A program made the position numbers and the translations under genes. Below are positions 1 through 8,163 of a DNA stretch of 64,000 nucleotides, one piece after another. This DNA is from Polyangiaceae bacterium (GTDB lineage Bacteria; Myxococcota_A; Polyangia; Polyangiales; Polyangiaceae), in the NCBI GenBank assembly GCA_965222375.1, contig CBDCTZ010000013.1:96001-160000 (forward strand), written 5' to 3'. A model generated the notes under the pieces. That model was not told where the DNA came from. It did not search any database and saw only the letters and a list, made by a program, of their open reading frames with translations. The stretch's first letter is position 1; every line of letters starts with the position of its first letter.

Positions 1-25
1 TCGCTCTTCCTGCCGCCCCATGGGG

Positions 26-520
26 TCACCCAGCGTCGACAAGGCGCGCCAAATCGACAACGACCTCAAACCCATCCAAACCCTCAAACTGTCGCGGATC
101 GAGTTTGATCTTCGCCGAGCGGGAGCCCGCACCAATGATCACCCACTCGGGCTCGAGCACGCGCGAGTCCACCCAGACCGGCAGCTCCTTGGGCAGGCCG
201 AAGACAGTCACGCCGCCAATCTGCTGGCCGGTGAGCTCGAGGGTCAATTCCGCGGGCGCGAAACTGACTTTGCGAGCGCCCAGCTTCTTGCGAACCAATC
301 CGTTCACGTCGAGCCGAGTGTGAGCGAGTACCAAGCACACCACGTTCAAGCCCGGGGGCTTCTTGGAGGCGACCAAGATGGCATTGGCGGATTGCTCGAC
401 CGGCACGTCGTAGGCTTCACAGAAGGCGGCGGTGTCGGCAAGATCCGGATCGCACGCGACTTCCTCATACACGACGCTGGCCGCGTCGAGTGCCGTGAGG
501 ACTTTGGGGTCTGCTGACAT
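26..520 (-). CDS. YbaK/EbsC (aminoacyl-tRNA editing/deacylase) family protein
   Basis: Motifs SANAILV, RKVSFA, LTGQQIGGVTVFGLP, IGAGSRSAKI; ATG at 520 with GGAG 6 nt upstream. Confidence 0.85.
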   Translation of the reverse strand: MSADPKVLTALDAASVVYEEVACDPDLADTAAFCEAYDVPVEQSANAILVASKKPPGLNVVCLVLAHTRLDVNGLVRKKLGARKVSFAPAELTLELTGQQIGGVTVFGLPKELPVWVDSRVLEPEWVIIGAGSRSAKIKLDPRQFEGLDGFEVVVDLARLVDAG

Positions 521-658
521 TTGTGGCTCCCTGCTTCGGCGTAGCTGCCGGAGAACATATCCTCTGGGCCGTGGTGCTAGCCAGCCCGCCCGCACGAGTG
601 CGCGCTGGGGCCTGGAAATCCTTTGCCCGCTGGGTTCGTGTTATGAGCGCCTTGTCAG

Positions 659-1738
659 GTGGCTACGTTGCGCGGCACTCACACGCTGTTAGGGATCCTT
701 GCGCTGACGGGCATCGCGTTCGCGGCGGCCGCCGACGAGGCCAGCGCGAGCAGCCTGAGCTGGACCCGCAAGCCGGGCGCGGAGGGCTGCATCGGACAAG
801 CCGAGTTGCGCAAGCGGGTCGAGGCGCGGCTGTCTCGCAAGCTGGTCGGCGAAAGCGACGCACGCCTGCAGATCCGCGGCGAGATAGCGGCGAACAAGCG
901 TGGTTGGGTGGCGCGAATCAAAGCCCGAGACGTGGACAGCGGCAGCGGCACGCGAACCCTCACGGAAGACGGCGCGGACTGCCGCAAGTTCGACGCGGCC
1001 CTGGTGCTGGCAGTCACGTTGATGATCGACCCCGACGCGCCACTCGTACCGGAGCCCCCGCCGACGCCGGGCCCGGAACCCGGGACGGATCCAGAGTCGA
1101 AAGCAACGCCGACGCCCGCTCCGCCACCACCGCAGCGCAATGCGACGACCACGCCGGCTCAGCCCTCGCCCCCTCGACCGCCGACGCCGCAGCCCCGCCC
1201 AGCGCCGCCAAGGACTGGGCCGTGGCGCTTCGGGCCCAGCGTCTCCGGAGTCGGCGCGGTCGGCGTGCTGCCCGGCGTTGCCTTGGGTGGAGCAGCTGGC
1301 GCGACGCTGATCGCCCCAAGTTGGTGGAGCATCGAGGCGCGCGGCGCGCTGTGGGCCAAGACCGACTCCGAGCCCACGCGAGCCAGGCTCGGCTTGTCCC
1401 AGTTCAGCCTGCGCCTGTGCGCCCTACCCGCAAGTAACGACCACTGGATGCTCAGCGCCTGCGGCGGCGCCGGCCTCGGCCTGATCTCGGCGCAGGGTCG
1501 CGCCCTCGACAACCCCCAATCCGACTCGGGTTCCTTCCCCTTCGCATTGGCCAGCCTCGGCCTGTCTCGAAACCTGTTCGGCGGGCTGTGGCTGAGCGGC
1601 GGCACGACTTTAGCGGCACCGATTGCTCGGGTCAGGGTGTCGTTTCGTCGCGAAAGCGGCGAGTCGGAAACCATCTATCGTGCGCCCGCGGCGAACCTCA
1701 CGGCAGCCCTCGGCCTGACCTTTTACTTTTCCTCATAA
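659..1738 (+). CDS. Exported protein: signal peptide, N-terminal domain, Pro-rich linker, C-terminal beta-barrel-like domain
   Basis: Hydrophobic N-terminus, PEPPPTPGPEP linker, alternating amphipathic strands, aromatic C-terminus LGLTFYFSS. Confidence 0.7.
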   Translation: MATLRGTHTLLGILALTGIAFAAAADEASASSLSWTRKPGAEGCIGQAELRKRVEARLSRKLVGESDARLQIRGEIAANKRGWVARIKARDVDSGSGTRTLTEDGADCRKFDAALVLAVTLMIDPDAPLVPEPPPTPGPEPGTDPESKATPTPAPPPPQRNATTTPAQPSPPRPPTPQPRPAPPRTGPWRFGPSVSGVGAVGVLPGVALGGAAGATLIAPSWWSIEARGALWAKTDSEPTRARLGLSQFSLRLCALPASNDHWMLSACGGAGLGLISAQGRALDNPQSDSGSFPFALASLGLSRNLFGGLWLSGGTTLAAPIARVRVSFRRESGESETIYRAPAANLTAALGLTFYFSS

Positions 1739-1781
1739 AAAGCTCCGGCCAGGTGCAATATGGGGTTGGCGAGATGTCCGC

Positions 1782-2357
1782 ATGGGAGCCACACACAGGA
1801 TCCAAGCCTCGGAAAGCGCGGGCGCTGCTGCGCCCGGCTCGGCCCCCGGTGCGACAAAATCGCGAACATTTTCAGATATTTACACTGAACACGCCGCATT
1901 CGCCTGGCGCACGCTTCGCCGCCTCGGCGTTCGCGAAGCCGAAGCCGAAGATGCCTGCCAAGAGGTCTTTCTGGTCGTGCATCGGCGCCTGGCAGACTTC
2001 GATTGGCAGCGCCCAATGCAGGCCTGGGTTTTCGGGATCTGCGCCAAGGTGGCAGCCAAGTACCGCCGCCGAGCGGGCGCGCGTTACGAGCGGGCAACGG
2101 CCGAACCGCAAGCGTCGGTGGCGGCGGATCAGTCCAAATTCGTGGAACGACGCCAAGCCGAGGAGCTCTTGGAACAGATCCTGTCCGAGCTCGGCGATGA
2201 GCAGCGCGCCATCTTCATTCTCTACGAGTTCGAGCAGCTCTCGATGGCAGAGGTCGCCGTCACCGTCGGCTGTCCCCTTCAAACCGCGTACTCGCGCCTC
2301 AACGCAACACGCAAACACGTCAAGCAGGCGCTGCAGCGCATGGTAGGCCCCCAATGA
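1782..2357 (+). CDS. ECF-type RNA polymerase sigma-70 factor
   Basis: Region 2 AEDACQEVFLVV..AWVFGI; region 4 QRAIFILYEFEQLSMAEVA..TAYSRL. Confidence 0.92.
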   Translation: MGATHRIQASESAGAAAPGSAPGATKSRTFSDIYTEHAAFAWRTLRRLGVREAEAEDACQEVFLVVHRRLADFDWQRPMQAWVFGICAKVAAKYRRRAGARYERATAEPQASVAADQSKFVERRQAEELLEQILSELGDEQRAIFILYEFEQLSMAEVAVTVGCPLQTAYSRLNATRKHVKQALQRMVGPQ

Positions 2358-3142
2358 CGACGCCGGAAGATCCGCCTCGGCTGTTCGACAACGCCTCGGG
2401 CTTGTCCGACCGCCAGCGCTCCGTGCTGGACGTCGGGCGCAGCTGCGATCCGAGCGACGAACAGCTGCAGCGCCTCGAGAGCCGACTGGCCCCGTTGCTC
2501 GCGCCGGCGGCTGGGTTGGCTCTGGGAGGCGGCGCCGCCGCGGGCAAGGCGGTCAAAGCGGGCTCCCTCGGAGTGAGTGCGGCACTGAAGTGGCTCGTCG
2601 GCGGCGCAGCCCTCGGCGGCGCTGTCGCCGTGAGCGCTGTGGCCATCGATGACCACACCTCCGCCCCCACCGAAGCCATGGGGCAAGTGGTGCAGACCGC
2701 TAGCCCTTTCGCGGCCCGGGCCGCGCGCAGCGCCGAAAACAGCGCACCCGCAGCCGAAGAAGCTCCGGCGGTCGCGCCCACCACCGACGAGCCGGCGCAG
2801 GCACCGCCCGTGGCGCGCCCCAGCGCAGTGAAAGCCGCGGCAGGCGAAAACTCCCGGGAGGCCGAGGTCGCACTCTTGGGCAAAGCCCAGCGCGCGCTCC
2901 AAAGCGGACAGCCGGCCAAAGCCATCGCGCTCACCGAGGAGCATCGCAAGATGCCCAAGACCGTCCTGAGTCAGGAAAGGGAACGCATCGCCATCGAAGC
3001 GCTGCTGAACCTGGGCCAGCGCGCCCGTGCCCGCTCGCGGGCGGACGCGTTTCGCCGTCACTATCCGAAGTCGAGCTACCTACCGAGAATTGATTCGCTT
3101 TTTGGGGGTAAGGAAAAAAACGACGCGAACCTTCATAAATGA
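2354..3142 (+). CDS. Putative anti-sigma membrane protein with C-terminal TPR-like domain
   Basis: ATGA overlap with the sigma gene; Gly/Ala-rich TM segment; EVALLGKAQRAL..ERERIAIEAL..FRRHYPKSSY tail. Confidence 0.7.
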   Translation: MTTPEDPPRLFDNASGLSDRQRSVLDVGRSCDPSDEQLQRLESRLAPLLAPAAGLALGGGAAAGKAVKAGSLGVSAALKWLVGGAALGGAVAVSAVAIDDHTSAPTEAMGQVVQTASPFAARAARSAENSAPAAEEAPAVAPTTDEPAQAPPVARPSAVKAAAGENSREAEVALLGKAQRALQSGQPAKAIALTEEHRKMPKTVLSQERERIAIEALLNLGQRARARSRADAFRRHYPKSSYLPRIDSLFGGKEKNDANLHK

Positions 3143-3189
3143 GCCGGCGTGGCAGCAATGACCAGATGAACCCACGCGGAGAAACCCAA

Positions 3190-4167
3190 ATGCGCTCATC
3201 GAAAATCTTAGCCTTCTTGCCCTTCCTGCTCTGTCTAGGAGCCTGCAACTCCGAACTCGACGTAGGCAACCAATCCAAGGGCTTCCTCGAAGGCGACGCC
3301 GACTGCCTCGGAAAAGCCTGCGGCGACAGCTGCAGCGTGTGTCCGGCCAACGATCCCAACTGCGTCGAAACCGCGGTAGTCAAGGCCTGCAACAGTGAGG
3401 GCAAGTGCTCCCCGCAAGCGCCCAGCATGTGCGGCAAGACCGGCTACGATCCTTGCAAGGGTGCCGCTTGTGGCATGTCTTGCTCCGTATGCGATCCCAC
3501 CGACCCCAATTGCAGCGAGACCGCCGTGGTCAAAGCCTGCAACGCAGCGGGACAGTGCGTCGCGGATACAGGCGCCCTGTGCAGCTACGATCCCTGCTCG
3601 GGCAAGCCCTGCGGCACGAGCTGCACGCTATGCGATCCCACCGACCCCAACTGCAGCGAAACTGCTGTCGTGAAGATCTGCGACGGCAGTGGGCAATGCG
3701 TTGCCGATAGCGGCAAAGTCTGTGGCGGACCCTACGACCCCTGCGCCGGCAAAAAGTGCGGAGACGCCTGTTCGGCGTGTGATCCGACGGATCCAAACTG
3801 CTCCGAGACGGCCGTGGTCAAAGCCTGCGATCCCAACGGCGCCTGCGTCGCGGAAACCCCCAAGCTGTGCTCCACATCGACTTACGATCCTTGCGACGGT
3901 AGGAGCTGTGGCGACAGCTGCACCATCTGCGATCCGACAGATCCGAATTGCTCGGAGACGGCGGTGGTCAAATTCTGCGATCCCAACGGCAGTTGCGTGG
4001 ACAACAGCGTGAACTGCTCATCCACCTATGACCCATGCGCAAACAAGAAGTGCGGCGACAGCTGCACCATCTGTGATCCGACGGATCCCAACTGCGTGGA
4101 AACCGGCGTGGTCAAGGAATGCAGCGCCAGCGGTCAGTGTAAAGCGGCTCCAGCCGTGTGCATCTGA
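3190..4167 (+). CDS. Cys-rich tandem-repeat lipoprotein (6 repeats of ~48 aa, 8 Cys each)
   Basis: Lipobox LGAC; repeat YDPCxGKxCGDSCxxCDPTDPNCSETAVVKxC..GxC. Confidence 0.85.
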   Translation: MRSSKILAFLPFLLCLGACNSELDVGNQSKGFLEGDADCLGKACGDSCSVCPANDPNCVETAVVKACNSEGKCSPQAPSMCGKTGYDPCKGAACGMSCSVCDPTDPNCSETAVVKACNAAGQCVADTGALCSYDPCSGKPCGTSCTLCDPTDPNCSETAVVKICDGSGQCVADSGKVCGGPYDPCAGKKCGDACSACDPTDPNCSETAVVKACDPNGACVAETPKLCSTSTYDPCDGRSCGDSCTICDPTDPNCSETAVVKFCDPNGSCVDNSVNCSSTYDPCANKKCGDSCTICDPTDPNCVETGVVKECSASGQCKAAPAVCI

Positions 4168-4191
4168 GTCCGCGCTCCCCTCAGTAGCGTG

Positions 4192-4224
4192 CTAGCCGCG
4201 CCGCGAACCACGCGGTGCGGCTAG
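4192..4224. terminator. 14-bp GC-rich hairpin between convergent genes (possible bidirectional terminator)
   Basis: CTAGCCGCGCCGCG-AACCA-CGCGGTGCGGCTAG with one G.U pair; no long U-tract. Confidence 0.6.
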
Positions 4225-4249
4225 TCGCATTTGGTCCCGACTACGCGAG

Positions 4250-4618
4250 CTACAGCGCCGCTTCGATCGCGGCTTTCACCTCGGCGGCGTTGTACTCGGC
4301 GGAAATGAAGACGACTTTGCCCGTCTTGTCGACGACGACGTCGAGGGGAAAGGGCGTGATTCGTGGCCCCGGGTTCCACGCTTGGTAGCTCTGACCGAGA
4401 TCTTTCGTCACCGGGAAAGTCACCCCCGTCTGGGTGATGAAGCTGTTGATGGTCTGGTCAGTCTCACCGCGAGCAAGCCCGCCCGAATTGATGCCGAGGA
4501 CCTTGAGGGGCTTGTCTTTGAGCGGCTGCCAAATCTGCTGTTCTATGTCTGGAAACTCCAGCTGACAGACTGCTCAGAAGGTCGCGAAGTAGCTGAGCAA
4601 GAGCACGCTGCCTTGCAT
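4250..4618 (-). CDS. TlpA/redoxin-family thioredoxin-fold protein, probable selenoprotein (UxxC); not in the ORF track
   Basis: Manual translation MQGSVLLLSYFATF*(TGA 4576-4574)AVCQLEFPDIEQQIWQPLKDKPLKVLGIN..GVTFPV..PFPLDVVVDKTGKVVF..IEAAL*(TAG); collinear with neighbour FWATFCDPC..GVSFPI..APYSVLIGRDG. Confidence 0.85.
4537..4573 (-). promoter_or_regulatory. Candidate bacterial SECIS element
   Basis: Directly 3' of the UGA: GCAGUCUGUCAG-CUGG-AGUUU-CCAG-ACAUAGAACAGC; apical stem CUGG/CCAG, loop G at +18 followed by U, lower stem UGU/ACA. Confidence 0.6.
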
Positions 4619-4965
4619 ACTCTCCGGGCCAAGATCCGAACGTCGGTGAATCTCGGAGCGCTTCGGTCAAACTTCGCTCACACTGCGGGGCGATGGCAGC
4701 ATCAGGCTGCCTTCGGTCAACCCCGCTCGTTGCCCCGGGGTGGGCGCCGTCGCGGGATACCACCAACGGCTTGCACGCCTCTACGCCGCCGTAGTGGTGG
4801 CCGTGGACACCAGAAGTGCGGCCCTGCTCAAGAAGGAACTGCAAGCGTCGGTCAGGGGCGATGGCCTGCGGCGTGGTGCCGGACCTACTGCTTCCCGAGA
4901 TCGCCGGATCTCTCAAAGACCTGATTGGCTCGCTGACGAACGTGCCGTGCTGAGCAGCGAGCGGG

Positions 4966-5553
4966 CTACTTGGCTAGAGCCGCTTCGACGTCCTTGTCCA
5001 CTGCGGTGGAGTCACCGGTGGTGTAACCCTCTTTCTTGGTCAGGATCCCGCCGTCGCGACCGATGAGTACCGAATAGGGCGCGCTGGTCTTCGGGTTGTA
5101 CAGGGATACGACCCGGGTCTCCGAGTCGAGCAAGATCGGGAAACTCACGCCGAGCTTGGCGACGGTCGTCTTGACCTCGGCGATGGAGTCCGGCCCGTCG
5201 ATGGACACGCCCAGTACGACGAAGCCTTTGTCCTTGTGCTTCTTGTACAGCTCGTCCAAGTGGGGCATCGCGGTCAGGCAGGGGTCGCAAAAGGTCGCCC
5301 AGAAATCGATCAGGATGACGTCCTTGCCCAAGTGATCGCTGAGGCGCACCGAATCGCCCTTCAAGGTGGGCAGTTCGAAATCCGGCGGCCGCGGGCCGCT
5401 CGGCTCCGCCGGCGTGTCTTCGCCGCCGGAGCCGGTGCTCGCCGCCGCGGGCTCAGAGCCGCCCGCTGCCGTCGTGGGCCCGGCTGTAGGGCTGCCACCA
5501 CACGCCATCGCCGAAAGACCGAGGGTCACTAGCAAAGTCGTCGTCGCTTTCAT
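4966..5553 (-). CDS. TlpA-family disulfide oxidoreductase lipoprotein (CDPC)
   Basis: Lipobox AMAC; PDFELPTLKG..LIDFWATFCDPC..LGVSID; RBS GGGAG. Confidence 0.9.
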   Translation of the reverse strand: MKATTTLLVTLGLSAMACGGSPTAGPTTAAGGSEPAAASTGSGGEDTPAEPSGPRPPDFELPTLKGDSVRLSDHLGKDVILIDFWATFCDPCLTAMPHLDELYKKHKDKGFVVLGVSIDGPDSIAEVKTTVAKLGVSFPILLDSETRVVSLYNPKTSAPYSVLIGRDGGILTKKEGYTTGDSTAVDKDVEAALAK

Positions 5554-5633
5554 CACGTTCTCCCGTAGCACAAACGCATTCGCCGCCGGATCGGTTTCCC
5601 AATGCGGCGGCGAGCAGTGCGATTTCTCGCCAA

Positions 5634-6338
5634 TCAGTTCTGAGCCAGGAACTGATCCATCTGAGTAAACATGGCCGTGGTGTCGCCGCCCAGGTACTTG
5701 CCGATGATCTTCATGGTCTTGGCATCAATCACCAAGTTCATGGGAGTCGCGTCAGCAGTGAAGAAGCGACCCGTCTTGAAGCCTGGATCCAGGATCATCG
5801 GAAACTCGACGGCGTAGGTGGTGCCCCAATACGCCAGATCACCCGGCTTCGCCGGGTTGGGCGGATTGGCGCCGTCCTCGAAGAGCGCGCCGACAAACTC
5901 CGCGCCCAGAGCGCGATACTTCGCGTAGGTGCCCTCGGTCTTGAAGTGGTTGTACTCGGCTCGGCACACGGTGCACCACACGGCCGAAACATTGACCATG
6001 ATGACCTTGTTGCCCTTGGTGCCATCGGGGTCGTAGAAGTCCGAGAAGGCCACGTCTTCGAACTTCGTATCGTCGTAGGCGGCGACGGCGGGCTTCAGCC
6101 AACCGCGGAAGTTGAAGTTCGCCATCGTCGAACCGACGTTGGTGCCGTAGGGGCCCGCCGGGTAGTCCGCACCCTTGAAGGCAGGGTCGTAGGGACTCGC
6201 GCCACCGGTAGGACCGCCTGTGGAGACCTGCTCACCTTTGTAATAGTCTTCTTGGGGCAGCGGGTCCGCCTCCGAAGAGCAGGCGAGAAGTGCGAAGCCC
6301 GCGACGCAGGCAATACCAGTGGCTACGAGTCGTTGCAT
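5634..6338 (-). CDS. Redoxin/TlpA-like lipoprotein (CTVC)
   Basis: Lipobox LLAC; YPAGPYG; NVSAVWCTVC; ATPMNLVID cis-Pro strand; RBS GAGGTG before ATG 6338. Confidence 0.85.
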   Translation of the reverse strand: MQRLVATGIACVAGFALLACSSEADPLPQEDYYKGEQVSTGGPTGGASPYDPAFKGADYPAGPYGTNVGSTMANFNFRGWLKPAVAAYDDTKFEDVAFSDFYDPDGTKGNKVIMVNVSAVWCTVCRAEYNHFKTEGTYAKYRALGAEFVGALFEDGANPPNPAKPGDLAYWGTTYAVEFPMILDPGFKTGRFFTADATPMNLVIDAKTMKIIGKYLGGDTTAMFTQMDQFLAQN

Positions 6339-6513
6339 GAGATGCACCTCTCCCGGTTGGTGCTAGAACCTGTTTTGGAGCTTAGTCGCATTGCCTGCCA
6401 GGTCAAGGCGCCGCTCTAGCCCTTTCTTTATGGCAAAAGCGCGAGTAAGAGGCTCCCGGCGGGGGCTGGAGCCCTAATCGGCCGCCCGCGAGCGCCCCGA
6501 GGATCGAAGACCC

Positions 6514-8052
6514 ATGAACCAACCGAGTACCTTCTCTCAACTGCTGCGCCGTATGGCAGTCGTGACACTGACGGCCATTGGCCTGATCTTGCCAGCCGCG
6601 TGTTCGAGCGAGGACGCCAAATGCGAGGGCGTCGATATCAACGGGAAGTGCCAAGCCACGTGTGACCCCGCCACGTGTGCCGTGCCGGGCAGCATCTGCT
6701 TGGAAAACTACTGCTCCGCGCCGTGCCAGGGTCACGAGTTTTGCCCGGTAGGTCAGAACTGCGGGTTCGTTTCTGGTTTGACGAATGCTCCTGACGGCAA
6801 CTACTGCTACGTGCCTCCCTTCGCCATCGGCGGCAAGACAGGTCAGTTCGAGGAGTGCACCACGAATGACACCTGCGATCAGGCGCGAGGCTTCACCTGC
6901 ATCAACGCCGTGTGCGCACCCACCTGCAAGAACCACTCGGACTGCACGGCCTACAAAGCCTACTGCAAGAAAGACGAAACGAACGGCCTCAATGGTTGCG
7001 TGAAAGGCGAGGCCCAGCCGCCTGGCCAGGGCGGTCCGTGCAGCAGCTCGTTTGAGTGCGATCAACCCGGCGGATATCAGTGCGCCGAAAAAGAGTGCCG
7101 TCTGACCCGGTGCCGCACCCACACAGACTGCGCCGCCATTGGCCTGTGTAAGAACACCACCCTAGAGACGGGTGAAAAGACCACCGCCTGCTTCCCAGAC
7201 ACCGTCCACCCCGACGGGCAATACGGAACTCGCTGTATCGACGGCAGCAGCGCCGGAGAATGCGATGAAGCCAACGGCTTCGTCTGCATCGGCGCCGGGC
7301 CAGGCGATGTTGACGCCTACTGCACCGGCACCGCCTGCCAGGCGGGCGGCTGCCCCACCGGCTACTTCTGCTCGACAGTGCGCACGGGGCGCGACCCTTG
7401 TGAAGCCACGTGCACGGGAGTCGACCCGGCCCCCACAGATCCAAACTGCGTCAAACCCGCCGACATTGGCGCCGGCAAGGAGTACTCCTGCGGCCCCATC
7501 AGTCTGCTGCGCAATCTCTGCCTGAAGAACGAGTACTGCAACGAGTGCAAGACCGACGAAGACTGCCGCGGACTGCCCGACCAGATCTGCGCGAAGGACT
7601 CGAAGGGCAAGAAGCGCTGCACGACGCTGTGTGACCCCAGCGTTTCTGGCGCCTGCCCCTGGGGCACGGCCAGCCTGTGCAGCATCACCGACACGGATCT
7701 CAACGTGCCCACCTGCTCCCATCGCTTCGGCGCCTGCGAAGCCACGGGCAAGAGCTGCGAGCCCTGCATCGATGACGCGGATTGCCCCACGGGCTTGTGC
7801 GCCAGCAGCGATTTCACCCAGGAACGTTACTGTGCGGATCTCAGCATCACCTGCGACTGCACCGGCCTGCCGACCGTTCAGAACCAGTACTGTCTGGGCG
7901 GAGGCTGCCCGCAAACCCCGGGTGGGCTCAACATGCGCTGCTTCGGCGGCTCCGCCGTCCCAGCAACCAGCCTGCTCCTCAATAAGTGCTTCGGAGCATC
8001 AATCACTCAACAATTCGGGGGTTCACCGCAAACAGCCTGTTGGCCCAAGTGA
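6514..8052 (+). CDS. Cys-rich lipoprotein (CxxxxDC-type, Dickkopf-like repeats)
   Basis: Lipobox PAAC; repeated CKNHSDC, CRTHTDC, CKTDEDC, CIDDADC. Confidence 0.8.
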   Translation: MNQPSTFSQLLRRMAVVTLTAIGLILPAACSSEDAKCEGVDINGKCQATCDPATCAVPGSICLENYCSAPCQGHEFCPVGQNCGFVSGLTNAPDGNYCYVPPFAIGGKTGQFEECTTNDTCDQARGFTCINAVCAPTCKNHSDCTAYKAYCKKDETNGLNGCVKGEAQPPGQGGPCSSSFECDQPGGYQCAEKECRLTRCRTHTDCAAIGLCKNTTLETGEKTTACFPDTVHPDGQYGTRCIDGSSAGECDEANGFVCIGAGPGDVDAYCTGTACQAGGCPTGYFCSTVRTGRDPCEATCTGVDPAPTDPNCVKPADIGAGKEYSCGPISLLRNLCLKNEYCNECKTDEDCRGLPDQICAKDSKGKKRCTTLCDPSVSGACPWGTASLCSITDTDLNVPTCSHRFGACEATGKSCEPCIDDADCPTGLCASSDFTQERYCADLSITCDCTGLPTVQNQYCLGGGCPQTPGGLNMRCFGGSAVPATSLLLNKCFGASITQQFGGSPQTACWPK

Positions 8053-8163
8053 GCCGATTCCGGCACGTTGTGGGTCTAGTTTGCATGAGTCCCCTGCCCC
8101 ACCCGTCAAACACGAATCCGGGGCGCACCTACGGTCGACTCAGGGAAATAAGGAGAGCTTGAA

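Noticed and set aside
3300..4140. Regularly spaced DNA repeats that might suggest a CRISPR array
   Set aside because: Repeats are in-frame protein repeats with synonymous variation; no cas genes present
4667..4669. Second in-frame TGA upstream of the selenoprotein as another Sec codon
   Set aside because: Flanking translation is not protein-like and there is no redox motif context
4382..5066. ORF-track calls 4382-4924(+), 4464-4916(-) and 4740-5066(+)
   Set aside because: No recognisable motifs; they overlap the redoxin genes, whose frames explain the sequence
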